A stretch of DNA of 20,000 nucleotides. Origin: an uncultured virus (IMG/VR IMGVR_UViG_3300018080_008055) (Duplodnaviria > Heunggongvirae > Uroviricota > Caudoviricetes). The translations under genes and the position numbers were made by a program. The stretch is from the IMG/VR virus record IMGVR_UViG_3300018080_008055; one strand, written 5' to 3'. This document shows, one piece after another, positions 1 through 7,651 of this stretch (positions are counted from its first letter, which is position 1; each line of letters begins with the position of its first letter). The notes beneath the pieces are model-generated. The model saw only the letters and a program-made list of their open reading frames with translations. It did not search any database and was not told the origin of the DNA.

Positions 1-430
1 TCATTATTTTTTTTGCAGTTTGAGTATTCATTTTTTTAATCTTTGCTCTTGTCAATTGGGAGTATTTTATTTTAATTTCTCCTAAATTATTTAATATCCC
101 CATTGCTATAATCAGTCTTCCTTTAGCCTCTTTATCTTTATCCGTAAAAGCAACTAATAGATCGGTTTGATAATCTTTCATAGTTAATTTTTTTACATGA
201 ACTGAAAATTCCCATCCTCCGAGTTTATCTTTTAATTCTTGTAAATTCTTTGCTCTTACATCAAAGTAGCCGTATTGTCTAATTATTGGAGACCTCATAT
301 TAGGCCTATGCCAAACCTCCCCCGAATAAGAAACATTATTCTTACCTCGCCTATGTTTATAGACCTCTTTAAATTGCCAACCTCTTATTTTAAAATCCTT
401 AACTTTTTTATCTTCGTTTTTTGAACTCAT
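1..430 (-). CDS. Hypothetical basic protein, runs off the window edge (MSSKNEDKKVKDFKIRGWQFKEVYKHRRGK...)
   Basis: Not in the ORF track. ATG at 428-430, and by manual translation the frame stays open to position 2. Contains FDVRAKNLQELKDKL, similar to DFRAKNKEELKSKI in 1247..1504. TATA-like element upstream. Confidence 0.8.
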   Translation of the reverse strand, partial: MSSKNEDKKVKDFKIRGWQFKEVYKHRRGKNNVSYSGEVWHRPNMRSPIIRQYGYFDVRAKNLQELKDKLGGWEFSVHVKKLTMKDYQTDLLVAFTDKDKEAKGRLIIAMGILNNLGEIKIKYSQLTRAKIKKMNTQTAKKIM

Positions 431-480
431 TTTAATCTTTTTTATTTAGTATTATTTATATTAATTATAATTTGGAATAG

Positions 481-500
481 CAACTATAAAAATTTTAATC
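481..500 (-). promoter_or_regulatory. Putative archaeal BRE/TATA promoter for the 1..430 gene
   Basis: Minus strand reads GATTAAAATTTTTATAGTTG (purine-rich BRE followed by TTTATA) about 55 bp upstream of the ATG. Confidence 0.45.
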
Positions 501-571
501 AACCCGGAAAAATTTTAAAAAATTTAGTTAGGACCAAAAAAGTAAGCCTGGAATAAAAAAGAGAAAAAAAA

Positions 572-817
572 TTATTTTGTAATTAAATCCATTCCGGTTT
601 CAATAGCCTCTAATACTCTTAATAACTCTCCAGAAGTTCCTACACCTAGAGGAGATCCGGTTTGAGACCATTTGCCATTGTAAATTTTATATAAATCTAG
701 ATATTTACGGTTATATCTTTGACCTAGCATTATTTTTTTCTTTATTCCCTTATTTGCTATTCGTTTATTTATCCGTTTTATCTTAGATTCTAATTCTTTT
801 AGTGATACTCTAGCCAT
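572..817 (-). CDS. Small basic hypothetical protein (81 aa from ATG)
   Basis: ORF track 572..826 starts at TTG. The ATG at 817 is preferred because AATTGATTATA-ATG is a TGAT-type RBS that recurs at 1182. Confidence 0.8.
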   Translation of the reverse strand: MARVSLKELESKIKRINKRIANKGIKKKIMLGQRYNRKYLDLYKIYNGKWSQTGSPLGVGTSGELLRVLEAIETGMDLITK

Positions 818-844
818 TATAATCAATTTTATTTTATGTTATAT

Positions 845-879
845 AAAAATTAGATAAAAAAAATATAAAGATTAGGTTA
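845..879. repeat. Intergenic stop-codon-anchored repeat, copy 1 (AAAAATTAGATAAAAAAAATATAAAGATTAGGTTA)
   Basis: One mismatch to 1215-1249. Ends on the stop codon of the 877..1182 gene. Confidence 0.9.
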
Positions 880-1182
880 TCTAATTAATAACCCATCTTC
901 CAAATTCTGCCAAACATAGTAATTTTTTCTTAGTCTTTCTCCTTTAGGAGAGTCTGAAATTCTTTCCATAGTTATTTTATTAACATTATTAAGGTTTTGG
1001 AAAAAGGATTTTTTAATTGCAATTACTCTTCCTTTAAGTATATAGCCTTTTTTGAGAGGCTTCCATAGTGTCCCCTTTTTTGTCTCTATGGTATAATGAT
1101 CATCTTGAATCAGAATATCTCCTTTAGATAAAATTGGTTTTTTAGCTCTATTATATCCGGAAATTTTTATTGTTTTAGCCAT
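877..1182 (-). CDS. Small basic hypothetical protein
   Basis: ORF track 877..1191; ATG at 1182 preferred. The start region TAGCCATTATAATCAATTTT (1176-1195) is identical to 811-830. Confidence 0.8.
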   Translation of the reverse strand: MAKTIKISGYNRAKKPILSKGDILIQDDHYTIETKKGTLWKPLKKGYILKGRVIAIKKSFFQNLNNVNKITMERISDSPKGERLRKNYYVWQNLEDGLLIR

Positions 1183-1214
1183 TATAATCAATTTTTATTA
1201 TTTATTGAATATCT

Positions 1215-1249
1215 AAAAATTAGATTAAAAAAATATAAAGATTAGGTTA
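1215..1249. repeat. Intergenic repeat, copy 2 (AAAAATTAGATTAAAAAAATATAAAGATTAGGTTA)
   Basis: Direct sequence comparison. Includes the stop codon at 1247-1249. Confidence 0.9.
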
Positions 1250-1504
1250 TAAATTCCAACCCTTTAGTCTACTAATAATCCCATCTTTCACACCTTGTCT
1301 AACAATATTATTGATCTTACTTTTTAATTCCTCTTTATTTTTAGCTCTGAAATCCATATCGGCTAATTTAATTGTTCTATTGCCATCTCTCAATAATAGA
1401 GTAAAAGTATAAAGATCGTTTAAATCTTTATAAGAAGACTTTTTAATATCTTTAATAATAAATTTAGACCTAGTGTTAATTTCAAAAGATTTTATCGAAT
1501 CCAT
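1247..1504 (-). CDS. Small basic hypothetical protein (RAKNxxELKxK family)
   Basis: 85 aa ORF with a TGATAAAAT-ATG RBS. Shares a motif with the 1..430 protein and weakly with 2570..2824. Confidence 0.8.
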   Translation of the reverse strand: MDSIKSFEINTRSKFIIKDIKKSSYKDLNDLYTFTLLLRDGNRTIKLADMDFRAKNKEELKSKINNIVRQGVKDGIISRLKGWNL

Positions 1505-1530
1505 ATTTTATCATTTAAATTATTTTAAAT

Positions 1531-1565
1531 AAAAATTAGAATAAAAAAATATAAAGATTAAGGTT
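1531..1565. repeat. Intergenic repeat, copy 3
   Basis: AAAAATTAGAATAAAAAAATATAAAGATTAAGGTT, 3 bp from the stop codon of the LamG gene. Confidence 0.85.
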
Positions 1566-1568
1566 CAA

Positions 1569-2486
1569 TTATTTTCTTTTTGAACCGGGTATCTTCTTTT
1601 TAGATTTTCGTTTCATTTTAAAATCAACTTTCCAAATCACTAAGCCAATTACAATTACAATAATTATTGCAGGTATCATTACCATTAGAAGTTCTATCCA
1701 ATCAATTTCAGTTTCTCCGGCATTAATTGGTTGAATCCCCTCGTCGTAAATTTCCTCTATTTCATCAGAGGATAAGGCCGAATCAAAAATAGCAACCTCA
1801 TCTAAAGAACCATTCCAAAAGCCTTCTGGATTAAAACCATAATCAGCCCCTATTAAGAGATCCTCATTGGAATTTTTTAAAGTTCCTACTTCTTCTTCAG
1901 TTGCAACTTTATCACCATCAATATATAGTTTTAGCTCATCACCGTCATAGACTCCGGCTATATGATACCAATCGCCTACCTCAATTTCCGTTGAAATATC
2001 ATACGCAACCTTTTCCCAACCACTTGTATAAATCCATAAGGTTAATTCAGAATTAGACTCAAGATCTAATACGAATCCTTTTGTGTGTGCAGGATCATCT
2101 CCAGATTTACTTATTATTGACTGATAACTTGCAATATCATTTGTTTTAACCCAAGCCGTAATTGTGAATTTATCAAAATCATTTAAAGAATTGTCATCAC
2201 CCACTCTTACAAAATCATTTGAACCATCTAGCTTAAGAGCATTACCATAATCATCTTGACTTTCTGTATAAGATCCCCCATCTAATGTACCATGATTTTC
2301 CTCTCCAGATAAGTCTAAGGCCTCAAAAGTTTTATTATCGAAATTCCAATATCCCTTAAGATCTTCGTGATAGACCGGATCTGTTTCTGAAATTATAAAA
2401 GCTGAACTAAAGCTAGTTAGGCCTCCGATTATGGTAATGAAAAGAAAAGTTGATAATACCAAAATTGCTTTTCTGTTATTTTTCAT
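1569..2486 (-). CDS. LamG/concanavalin-A-like (Laminin_G_3) surface protein with signal peptide and C-terminal TM anchor
   Basis: Typical motifs GYWNFD, ALKLDGSNDFV, FTITAWVK, WYHIAGVYDG..LKLYIDG and GSLDEVAIFDSALSSDEI. N-terminal hydrophobic signal, C-terminal TM and basic tail KKIPGSKRK. ATG at 2486 preferred over TTG at 2495. Confidence 0.92.
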   Translation of the reverse strand: MKNNRKAILVLSTFLFITIIGGLTSFSSAFIISETDPVYHEDLKGYWNFDNKTFEALDLSGEENHGTLDGGSYTESQDDYGNALKLDGSNDFVRVGDDNSLNDFDKFTITAWVKTNDIASYQSIISKSGDDPAHTKGFVLDLESNSELTLWIYTSGWEKVAYDISTEIEVGDWYHIAGVYDGDELKLYIDGDKVATEEEVGTLKNSNEDLLIGADYGFNPEGFWNGSLDEVAIFDSALSSDEIEEIYDEGIQPINAGETEIDWIELLMVMIPAIIIVIVIGLVIWKVDFKMKRKSKKKIPGSKRK

Positions 2487-2569
2487 ATTTATCAATTAAA
2501 AATTGTATTTAACTAATTATTAGATAAGCTATAATAAAAAATTTAAGTTTGAAAGAAATTTAATAAAAA

Positions 2570-2824
2570 CTAAAGCCATTTATTACCGGTAAATTCCGTT
2601 GAGGTTTTTAGTGATTCTCTTATTTTTCTTTCAAAATCTTTTAGACTTGTAGTATAGCTCTCAACACTAGCTATTTTTTTATTATTTGAGAAAATATCGG
2701 CTTTATAATGGAATTTTCGATAGCCTGGAGAGGTTATAACATTTGTTTTTCTTCCTAATTTCTCAATATTCTTTATTTGAATAGTGATATATATTGTAAA
2801 TTTAATATCTTTAATAGAAGTCAT
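2570..2824 (-). CDS. Small basic hypothetical protein
   Basis: 84 aa ORF; weak resemblance to 1247..1504 (MxSIK...IKxIxK). Confidence 0.75.
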   Translation of the reverse strand: MTSIKDIKFTIYITIQIKNIEKLGRKTNVITSPGYRKFHYKADIFSNNKKIASVESYTTSLKDFERKIRESLKTSTEFTGNKWL

Positions 2825-2828
2825 AAAT

Positions 2829-2862
2829 AAAAAATGGATAAAGAAAAATAAAAAGATTAGGT
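2829..2862. repeat. Intergenic repeat, copy 4 (diverged)
   Basis: AAAAATGGATAAAGAAAAATAAAAAGATTAGGT, 3 bp from the stop at 2866. Confidence 0.75.
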
Positions 2863-2865
2863 ATT

Positions 2866-3306
2866 TTAATCAGTTCTAACGTAAAAAGGAACAGGAGTTG
2901 TACCGGCTTTTTTAAGTTGTATTTTTTTTATTTTTCCGTTTTTAATGATATATTTATTAGGTCCTTTAATCCAGATTGTTTTTTCTTCAATGTTTATCTT
3001 ATCTAATTTCTTTTTTACTACATATTTATTTGCAAATTCATAGTTATTTACATAAATATTTTCTAAGCCGGAACTCCAATCGAAAACCTCATAAATGTTT
3101 TTTGGCTTTAGACCTAATCGTTTTAGCTCTTTCTGAATTTTGAGGAAAAAATCGATCTTTTGTTTTTTTGTTAAGGAACTTTTTACATTAACGCCTTTCT
3201 CTCTTCCTATACTTTTAAGATTAGAATTTGAAACCTTTTCTAAATCGGTTTTAGTAAGAGATAAAAAAGGCTTTCGCATTGCTTTGCTAAAATCTTCAAA
3301 TGTCAT
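2866..3306 (-). CDS. Basic protein with a Rho-N/HeH (SAP/LEM-like) helix-extension-helix motif, probably nucleic-acid binding
   Basis: LEKVSNSNLKSIGREKGVNVKSSLTKKQKIDFF matches the LkxiakexGi...s.lxKxelI pattern. Recognised by eye only. Confidence 0.6.
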   Translation of the reverse strand: MTFEDFSKAMRKPFLSLTKTDLEKVSNSNLKSIGREKGVNVKSSLTKKQKIDFFLKIQKELKRLGLKPKNIYEVFDWSSGLENIYVNNYEFANKYVVKKKLDKINIEEKTIWIKGPNKYIIKNGKIKKIQLKKAGTTPVPFYVRTD

Positions 3307-3351
3307 AATTATCGTTTTTTAAAATTAATTGTTGAATAAATATTAAATTAA

Positions 3352-3370
3352 CTTTAATAAAAGTTTTCGC
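3352..3370 (-). promoter_or_regulatory. Putative archaeal BRE/TATA promoter for the 2866..3306 gene
   Basis: Minus strand GCGAAAACTTTTATTAAAG, about 45-60 bp upstream of the ATG. Confidence 0.55.
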
Positions 3371-3403
3371 CTGGAATAATTAAAAAATTAGATGAAAGAA
3401 GAG

Positions 3404-3730
3404 TTATTTTTTTTTTAATTTGACTAATCTCTTCTCAGCTTTATTGATTTCTTTATTAGTTGTTTTAATTTTTTTCTTTAATTCGGCTATTTCAGTCTTT
3501 TTTAATTCGATCTTGTAAGCTATTCGATCTGGTTTCTTGGATTCTTTCTCTAGATACTCTGGAGTATCTTTAACCTTATCGGAGACAATTTTCATTAGTC
3601 TTTTCTTTTCTATCTTATGATCACTTTTCATTCTAGCTAAGACTCTATTTGCAGTTAAATATTCGGCCTTTTGATTCTCTAGCCTTTCTTTTAATTTTTT
3701 AATAATATTAGTTTGACTTCTAACACTCAT
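3404..3730 (-). CDS. Lys/Glu-rich coiled-coil protein
   Basis: Heptad pattern (LKKTEIAELKKKIKTTNKEINKAEKRL). ATG at 3730 follows AATTGATAACA. Confidence 0.8.
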   Translation of the reverse strand: MSVRSQTNIIKKLKERLENQKAEYLTANRVLARMKSDHKIEKKRLMKIVSDKVKDTPEYLEKESKKPDRIAYKIELKKTEIAELKKKIKTTNKEINKAEKRLVKLKKK

Positions 3731-3757
3731 TGTTATCAATTAGTTTTATTTTATTAT

Positions 3758-3792
3758 AAATTTAGATTAAAAAAATAAAAAGATTAGGTTTA
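3758..3792. repeat. Intergenic repeat, copy 5
   Basis: AAATTTAGATTAAAAAAATAAAAAGATTAGGTTTA; includes the stop at 3790-3792. Confidence 0.88.
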
Positions 3793-4149
3793 ATTATTTT
3801 TAGGAGGAAATAAAAAATCATTTATAGCTTTCTTTTGTAATTTCCTATCCTTAATCTTAACGGTTTTTCTTGAAAATCGCCTATTTACCATTAACCATTT
3901 TAGACCTGTATCAATTATGTTCTTAGATACTTTTTGATTTCTCCTAAAGTCTTTTGAACTCATTTTACCCTCGCTTAGATCTTCCCACATTTTACTTATA
4001 GAGGTAATCTTCTTTTTAACTCTCATTCGATATAACTCTAAAATAATATGTTCGCCATTATGGTAAGTACTAGCTATTCCTCCATCTTCAGTAATGATTA
4101 TGGTTTCTTTAGGATTCTCAATTATTATTAAGGCTTTTGCTAATTTCAT
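3790..4149 (-). CDS. Hypothetical basic protein
   Basis: 119 aa ORF flanked by repeat copies 5 and 6. Confidence 0.75.
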   Translation of the reverse strand: MKLAKALIIIENPKETIIITEDGGIASTYHNGEHIILELYRMRVKKKITSISKMWEDLSEGKMSSKDFRRNQKVSKNIIDTGLKWLMVNRRFSRKTVKIKDRKLQKKAINDFLFPPKNN

Positions 4150-4194
4150 TTTAATATTCCATATTTGTTTTTAATTTAAATATATAAATAATAC

Positions 4195-4225
4195 TTAGAT
4201 TAAAAAAATAAAAAGATTAAGGTTA
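4195..4225. repeat. Intergenic repeat, copy 6
   Basis: TTAGATTAAAAAAATAAAAAGATTAAGGTTA; includes the stop at 4223-4225. Confidence 0.88.
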
Positions 4226-4459
4226 ATAAATAAATTTTTTTTCTTTTAGATTAGTTTCTAGTCGTTTAATTAGAATATCAGCTTTTTTAATGGAAAGGCT
4301 TAAACTATTAACCATTTGATCAGCAATAGACTTATCTTTTTTAAATTTAAAAGCATGACTTGTTGTTATCATCCCAAATATGCTTTCCATTTCTTTTCTA
4401 TTTCTCTTTAGTATCTTTAAAGTTGCAACCGGATTTCTTGTTTGAACTATAATGCTCAT
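4223..4459 (-). CDS. Small helical-hairpin protein (family with 17725..17946 and 18255..18515)
   Basis: FKFKKDKSIADQM...KKADILIKRL aligns with FKLVKDKKMNKQL...AMAEILKDRI. Starts 2 nt after the stop of the upstream membrane gene. Confidence 0.75.
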   Translation of the reverse strand: MSIIVQTRNPVATLKILKRNRKEMESIFGMITTSHAFKFKKDKSIADQMVNSLSLSIKKADILIKRLETNLKEKKFIY

Positions 4460-4461
4460 TT

Positions 4462-4767
4462 TTACATTCCTTTCCTTTTTCTATTAAAGAATTTATAGAG
4501 AATAAAGAATATTACAAAAAATACTATGCTCACTATTAAACTTGAAATTCCGGTTATCCAGGTGGCTATTGAATAGCCGGTAAGACCTATAGTCTCCATA
4601 AAAATAGATCCTACTAAAGAACCGGTGATTAGATAATAGATGTTTAATAATATTCCTAATCCGGAAAGAATTGTTAAAACTAAGAAAACTAAGGTTGCTA
4701 TGGAAAAGATTAAACTACGATCACTTTTAGATAGGCTAGAACTTTGAGGTTTTCTTCTCGTACTCAT
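4462..4767 (-). CDS. Small 2-TM membrane protein with N-terminal STRRK motif
   Basis: Two long hydrophobic segments, basic termini, and a GTTGATAAAAT-ATG RBS. Confidence 0.82.
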   Translation of the reverse strand: MSTRRKPQSSSLSKSDRSLIFSIATLVFLVLTILSGLGILLNIYYLITGSLVGSIFMETIGLTGYSIATWITGISSLIVSIVFFVIFFILYKFFNRKRKGM

Positions 4768-4818
4768 ATTTTATCAACTCATTGATTTTTATATTTATTA
4801 AAATGTATAAGTGTGATT

Positions 4819-4850
4819 AAAATTAAGATTAAAAAAATATAAAGTTCTAG
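4819..4850. repeat. Intergenic repeat, copy 7 (partial)
   Basis: AAAATTAAGATTAAAAAAATATAAAG, just downstream of the stop at 4858. Confidence 0.7.
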
Positions 4851-4857
4851 TAAGCTC

Positions 4858-5556
4858 TTAGAGATTAGAAGAATTGTAATTGATTTTTCCTTTTCTAGTT
4901 AATCTTATCATTCCATTTCTTACCAAAATGAATTTTTGGAATTTTAGGAGTTTTAATGAATCCTCTTTATAACTCCAATGGTTTTTAGCTCTTGTTATTG
5001 AAATAGGTTGATTTTCAGCTATAAAATCTAAAAACATTCTATCATAAGCCTTTAGAGGCCTATTATCTACATGAAATTCTAGACCTTTATTACTAATTTT
5101 ATAGAGCTTTGATTTTCCGGATTTTTTTATGATTATGAATTTTCTCTCTAAAGGAGTTTTAATTGAGGTTCTAACTGAGGATTCACTAATCTTTAGGTTT
5201 AAGGCTATTTCTTTTATGGAATACCAAGTTGTTTTATGATCTCTTAAAAAGGAGATTAGCTTTTTTTGATTCTTCCCTAGTTTTATATAAGATACTTTAG
5301 AGGTATAGTTTAGCTTTCTTCTTAGGTCTTCTATTTTCCGTTTAGTATTATAATAATCGTGTTCAATTTGTTTGAAATTGTTTTTTCTTTCCCATTCCTT
5401 TCTCTCTAATCTTTCTGGATGAGTTTTGATTAGCATACTTGTATAAGGATATTTATTTCTTCTAATCTTATATAATTTCCAATATTCCTTATCTAATTGT
5501 TTAAATTTTTTAACCAGGCTTTCTAATTTTAACCATTGTGGAGTTAAATAGCTCAT
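4858..5556 (-). CDS. DNA-binding protein with an N-terminal helical region and tandem winged-helix domains (ArsR/MarR/TrmB-like)
   Basis: LGKNQKKLISFL...SIKEIALNLKISESSVRTSIK..LERKFI.....KSKLYKISNKG, plus a second wHTH-like unit ending IRLTRKG. AAGGT RBS. Confidence 0.8.
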   Translation of the reverse strand: MSYLTPQWLKLESLVKKFKQLDKEYWKLYKIRRNKYPYTSMLIKTHPERLERKEWERKNNFKQIEHDYYNTKRKIEDLRRKLNYTSKVSYIKLGKNQKKLISFLRDHKTTWYSIKEIALNLKISESSVRTSIKTPLERKFIIIKKSGKSKLYKISNKGLEFHVDNRPLKAYDRMFLDFIAENQPISITRAKNHWSYKEDSLKLLKFQKFILVRNGMIRLTRKGKINYNSSNL

Positions 5557-5569
5557 TTTAATTTACCTT

Positions 5570-5902
5570 TTAATTTTTTGATTTCGTTTTAAAATACGTT
5601 GAGATATTTCCGGGAAGTCTTTTGTAAATCCAATTATTTTTAGTTAATTGATTATAACTAATTCTTTTATTGGTAATATCTCTCCAAACATTATTATAAG
5701 TTTGATTCAAATAGCCTTTTGTTTCTGTTGTTTTACTTCCGGAGAAATTCTTTCCTAATATAAGATCCTCTATTTCCTCCTCAACTTTAATCGGTAATTT
5801 TCCGGATTCATACCAAGTTGAAACCCAATTTGGTAAAATATCATATCTAAAATAAAGTGTGTATAATAATTTCTTGGTTTTATTTAGTTCTTTTATTCCC
5901 AT
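5570..5902 (-). CDS. Hypothetical protein
   Basis: 110 aa ORF with an AGGT RBS and tight operon packing. Confidence 0.75.
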   Translation of the reverse strand: MGIKELNKTKKLLYTLYFRYDILPNWVSTWYESGKLPIKVEEEIEDLILGKNFSGSKTTETKGYLNQTYNNVWRDITNKRISYNQLTKNNWIYKRLPGNISTYFKTKSKN

Positions 5903-5914
5903 AAAGTTTAACCT

Positions 5915-6244
5915 TTATTTGTTTAGAATCTTACCTCTCAATTCATTAACGGCTTGGCTTTTCTCTCGAATTATTTTGCTATACCAATAATAAATAGTTT
6001 CTCGCCTCATTGACTTTATATTGAGAAATAATGTATCAACCTCTCTCATAGAGGATACTCGGCTAATTGTTTTAAAAATAACAAAAAGTTTTACGGCTTG
6101 ATGTTCCTCTAATTTAGGTTTCTTTAATAGTTCTTTTATATATGGTTCTACTATACTTTTTCTCCAATTAGAAATAGAGGTTTTTTCCTTTCCGACTTGA
6201 ACAATTGCTTTATCTTTATAATTTGTGATTTTTACTTTAACCAT
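5915..6244 (-). CDS. Hypothetical protein, possibly of the DUF7680/DUF3780-like type
   Basis: C-terminal pattern LEE..AVKL..IF......IKSMRRETIYYWYSK.....AVNELR resembles, from memory, small proteins that accompany DUF499/DUF1156 loci. The ORF is solid; the family call is tentative. Confidence 0.55.
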   Translation of the reverse strand: MVKVKITNYKDKAIVQVGKEKTSISNWRKSIVEPYIKELLKKPKLEEHQAVKLFVIFKTISRVSSMREVDTLFLNIKSMRRETIYYWYSKIIREKSQAVNELRGKILNK

Positions 6245-6303
6245 GATTAAAAGTTGATTTAAGTTTGATTTAAGTTTTGTGCTAGGTTTGAATTTATTCT
6301 ATT

Positions 6304-7062
6304 CTAAATATATTTTATAATGCTATTTTGATTTTTAGAAGTTTTTTTTAAATTGCTTAACCAAATATTTTTAGCAACACTAGGCTTATTAAGAATTTTT
6401 TCCCATTTAATAAAATCATTATATAAATTTGGAAAATCCTTAAGGACCTTAATATAGATATAAGCCTGGTAAAATCTACACCAATAACAAGAAGAGACTC
6501 CATATTTTTTATAATAATTTTTAGTAGGAATTTTAATTTCGTTTTTTTCTATAAAACGATCTCTAAAAGAAGTATTCCAATTTAATAGGGGGAAAACCAT
6601 TATATCGTTGTTAGTGTCATAGTCGGGTTTAAAGAAGTCATTTCCTTTATAAATTTTATTTCTCCTAGAGCTTTCATTTTTTCTTACAGCATTCAATTTA
6701 TAAAAAACTCCTTTTTCAAATTCCTTTTCTAACACTTTTTTTTGAGGCCTCCATTTCAAATCTCTAGAACACCAAGCCGTTTGAAAATTAGGAAAGTTTC
6801 TTTTATGATCCTCTGGGTTTGAAATCAACAAATCTAGTTCAAGTGATTTTGCCGTTTTTTTAATTGCCTCTAAAGTTCCCGGAAATTCAATACCGGAATC
6901 ACAATAAAAACAGATAAAATTATCAGTAATCTTCTTTACTAAATGTAGTAAGGCTATTGAATCTTTTCCTCCGGAAAAATTAATGATTAATGGTTTTTTA
7001 GTCTCTCTTACGGCTTTTTTAATGACTCTAATTGAGCTTTTCAATGGATTATCTTCGATCAT
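6304..7062 (-). CDS. Phosphoadenosine-phosphosulfate (PAPS) reductase family protein (PP-loop; CysH/DndC/SspD/BrxP-like)
   Basis: PP-loop FSGGKDS, DSGIEFP, WCSRDLK, VRKNESSRR, FPLLNW and a C-terminal CYWC. Confidence 0.9.
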   Translation of the reverse strand: MIEDNPLKSSIRVIKKAVRETKKPLIINFSGGKDSIALLHLVKKITDNFICFYCDSGIEFPGTLEAIKKTAKSLELDLLISNPEDHKRNFPNFQTAWCSRDLKWRPQKKVLEKEFEKGVFYKLNAVRKNESSRRNKIYKGNDFFKPDYDTNNDIMVFPLLNWNTSFRDRFIEKNEIKIPTKNYYKKYGVSSCYWCRFYQAYIYIKVLKDFPNLYNDFIKWEKILNKPSVAKNIWLSNLKKTSKNQNSIIKYI

Positions 7063-7085
7063 TTTAAATCCTTTTTGTTAAGAGA

Positions 7086-7646
7086 TTAAAAATTAAAATT
7101 TAAATAAATATAGCCAAATCCGATCATAATTCCAATGAGATTTGAGATTAGATCTTGAATAATATTAGGTAATGGTTCAGAAATATATTTTGCATACGAT
7201 TTTTTAATTTGTAATTTTTTATTAAACCTTTTATTTATAGATTCAAAAGTATATTCAATTATTTCAAAAGCAATTGTTAAGAAAAAAGTAATCAATATCA
7301 AGTTAGATGGATCTAGATTAAATACAACTAATAAGTAAAAGTAGAATCCTAAACCTCCTAAGATATGTGTATATATATCAATTGCTTTTATGGAATTAAA
7401 GAATTTATTAGCCTCTGGCTTTTCATAAAGGCCGGTATTCATTGCAATTATCTGAAGAATCGTGAAAGTCATAAAAAAGAAAAGAGCTTCCTCATAATAT
7501 TTATTAGTAGAATCGGTATAACAGAAAAGGTAAATTATCATTGCAATTAAAATAATATAGAGAGTGAAATACCAAATATTATTCTTAGTTGAAGACTGAA
7601 ATTTATTCCAAAAATTTCTTTTTGATTTTCTCCTGGAGTCATTCAT
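7086..7646 (-). CDS. Polytopic membrane protein, VanZ/DUF2238-like
   Basis: About 5 TM helices with DxxxHxxGG (DIYTHILGG), FEIIEY and DLISNLIG motifs. N-terminal SRRK. Confidence 0.7.
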   Translation of the reverse strand: MNDSRRKSKRNFWNKFQSSTKNNIWYFTLYIILIAMIIYLFCYTDSTNKYYEEALFFFMTFTILQIIAMNTGLYEKPEANKFFNSIKAIDIYTHILGGLGFYFYLLVVFNLDPSNLILITFFLTIAFEIIEYTFESINKRFNKKLQIKKSYAKYISEPLPNIIQDLISNLIGIMIGFGYIYLNFNF

Positions 7647-7651
7647 TTTTT

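Noticed and set aside
3140..3322. + strand 60-aa ORF
   Set aside because: Antisense shadow of 2866..3306; its Phe/Leu richness simply mirrors Lys/Glu codons.
845..4850. Intergenic repeats as a CRISPR array
   Set aside because: The spacers are hundreds to more than 1000 bp long and contain whole genes, the repeats are degenerate, and no cas genes are present.
845..4850. Intergenic repeats as classical integron attC sites
   Set aside because: There is a TAAC/AAC at the stop-codon end, but no complementary GTTRRRY at the far end, no hairpin-forming inverted symmetry and no integrase in the window.
6304..7062. Calling the gene cysH or dndC
   Set aside because: The family is clear but no partner genes support either specific function, so no symbol was assigned.
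7365..7550. + strand 61-aa ORF
   Set aside because: Lies wholly antisense within the VanZ-like gene and has no RBS.
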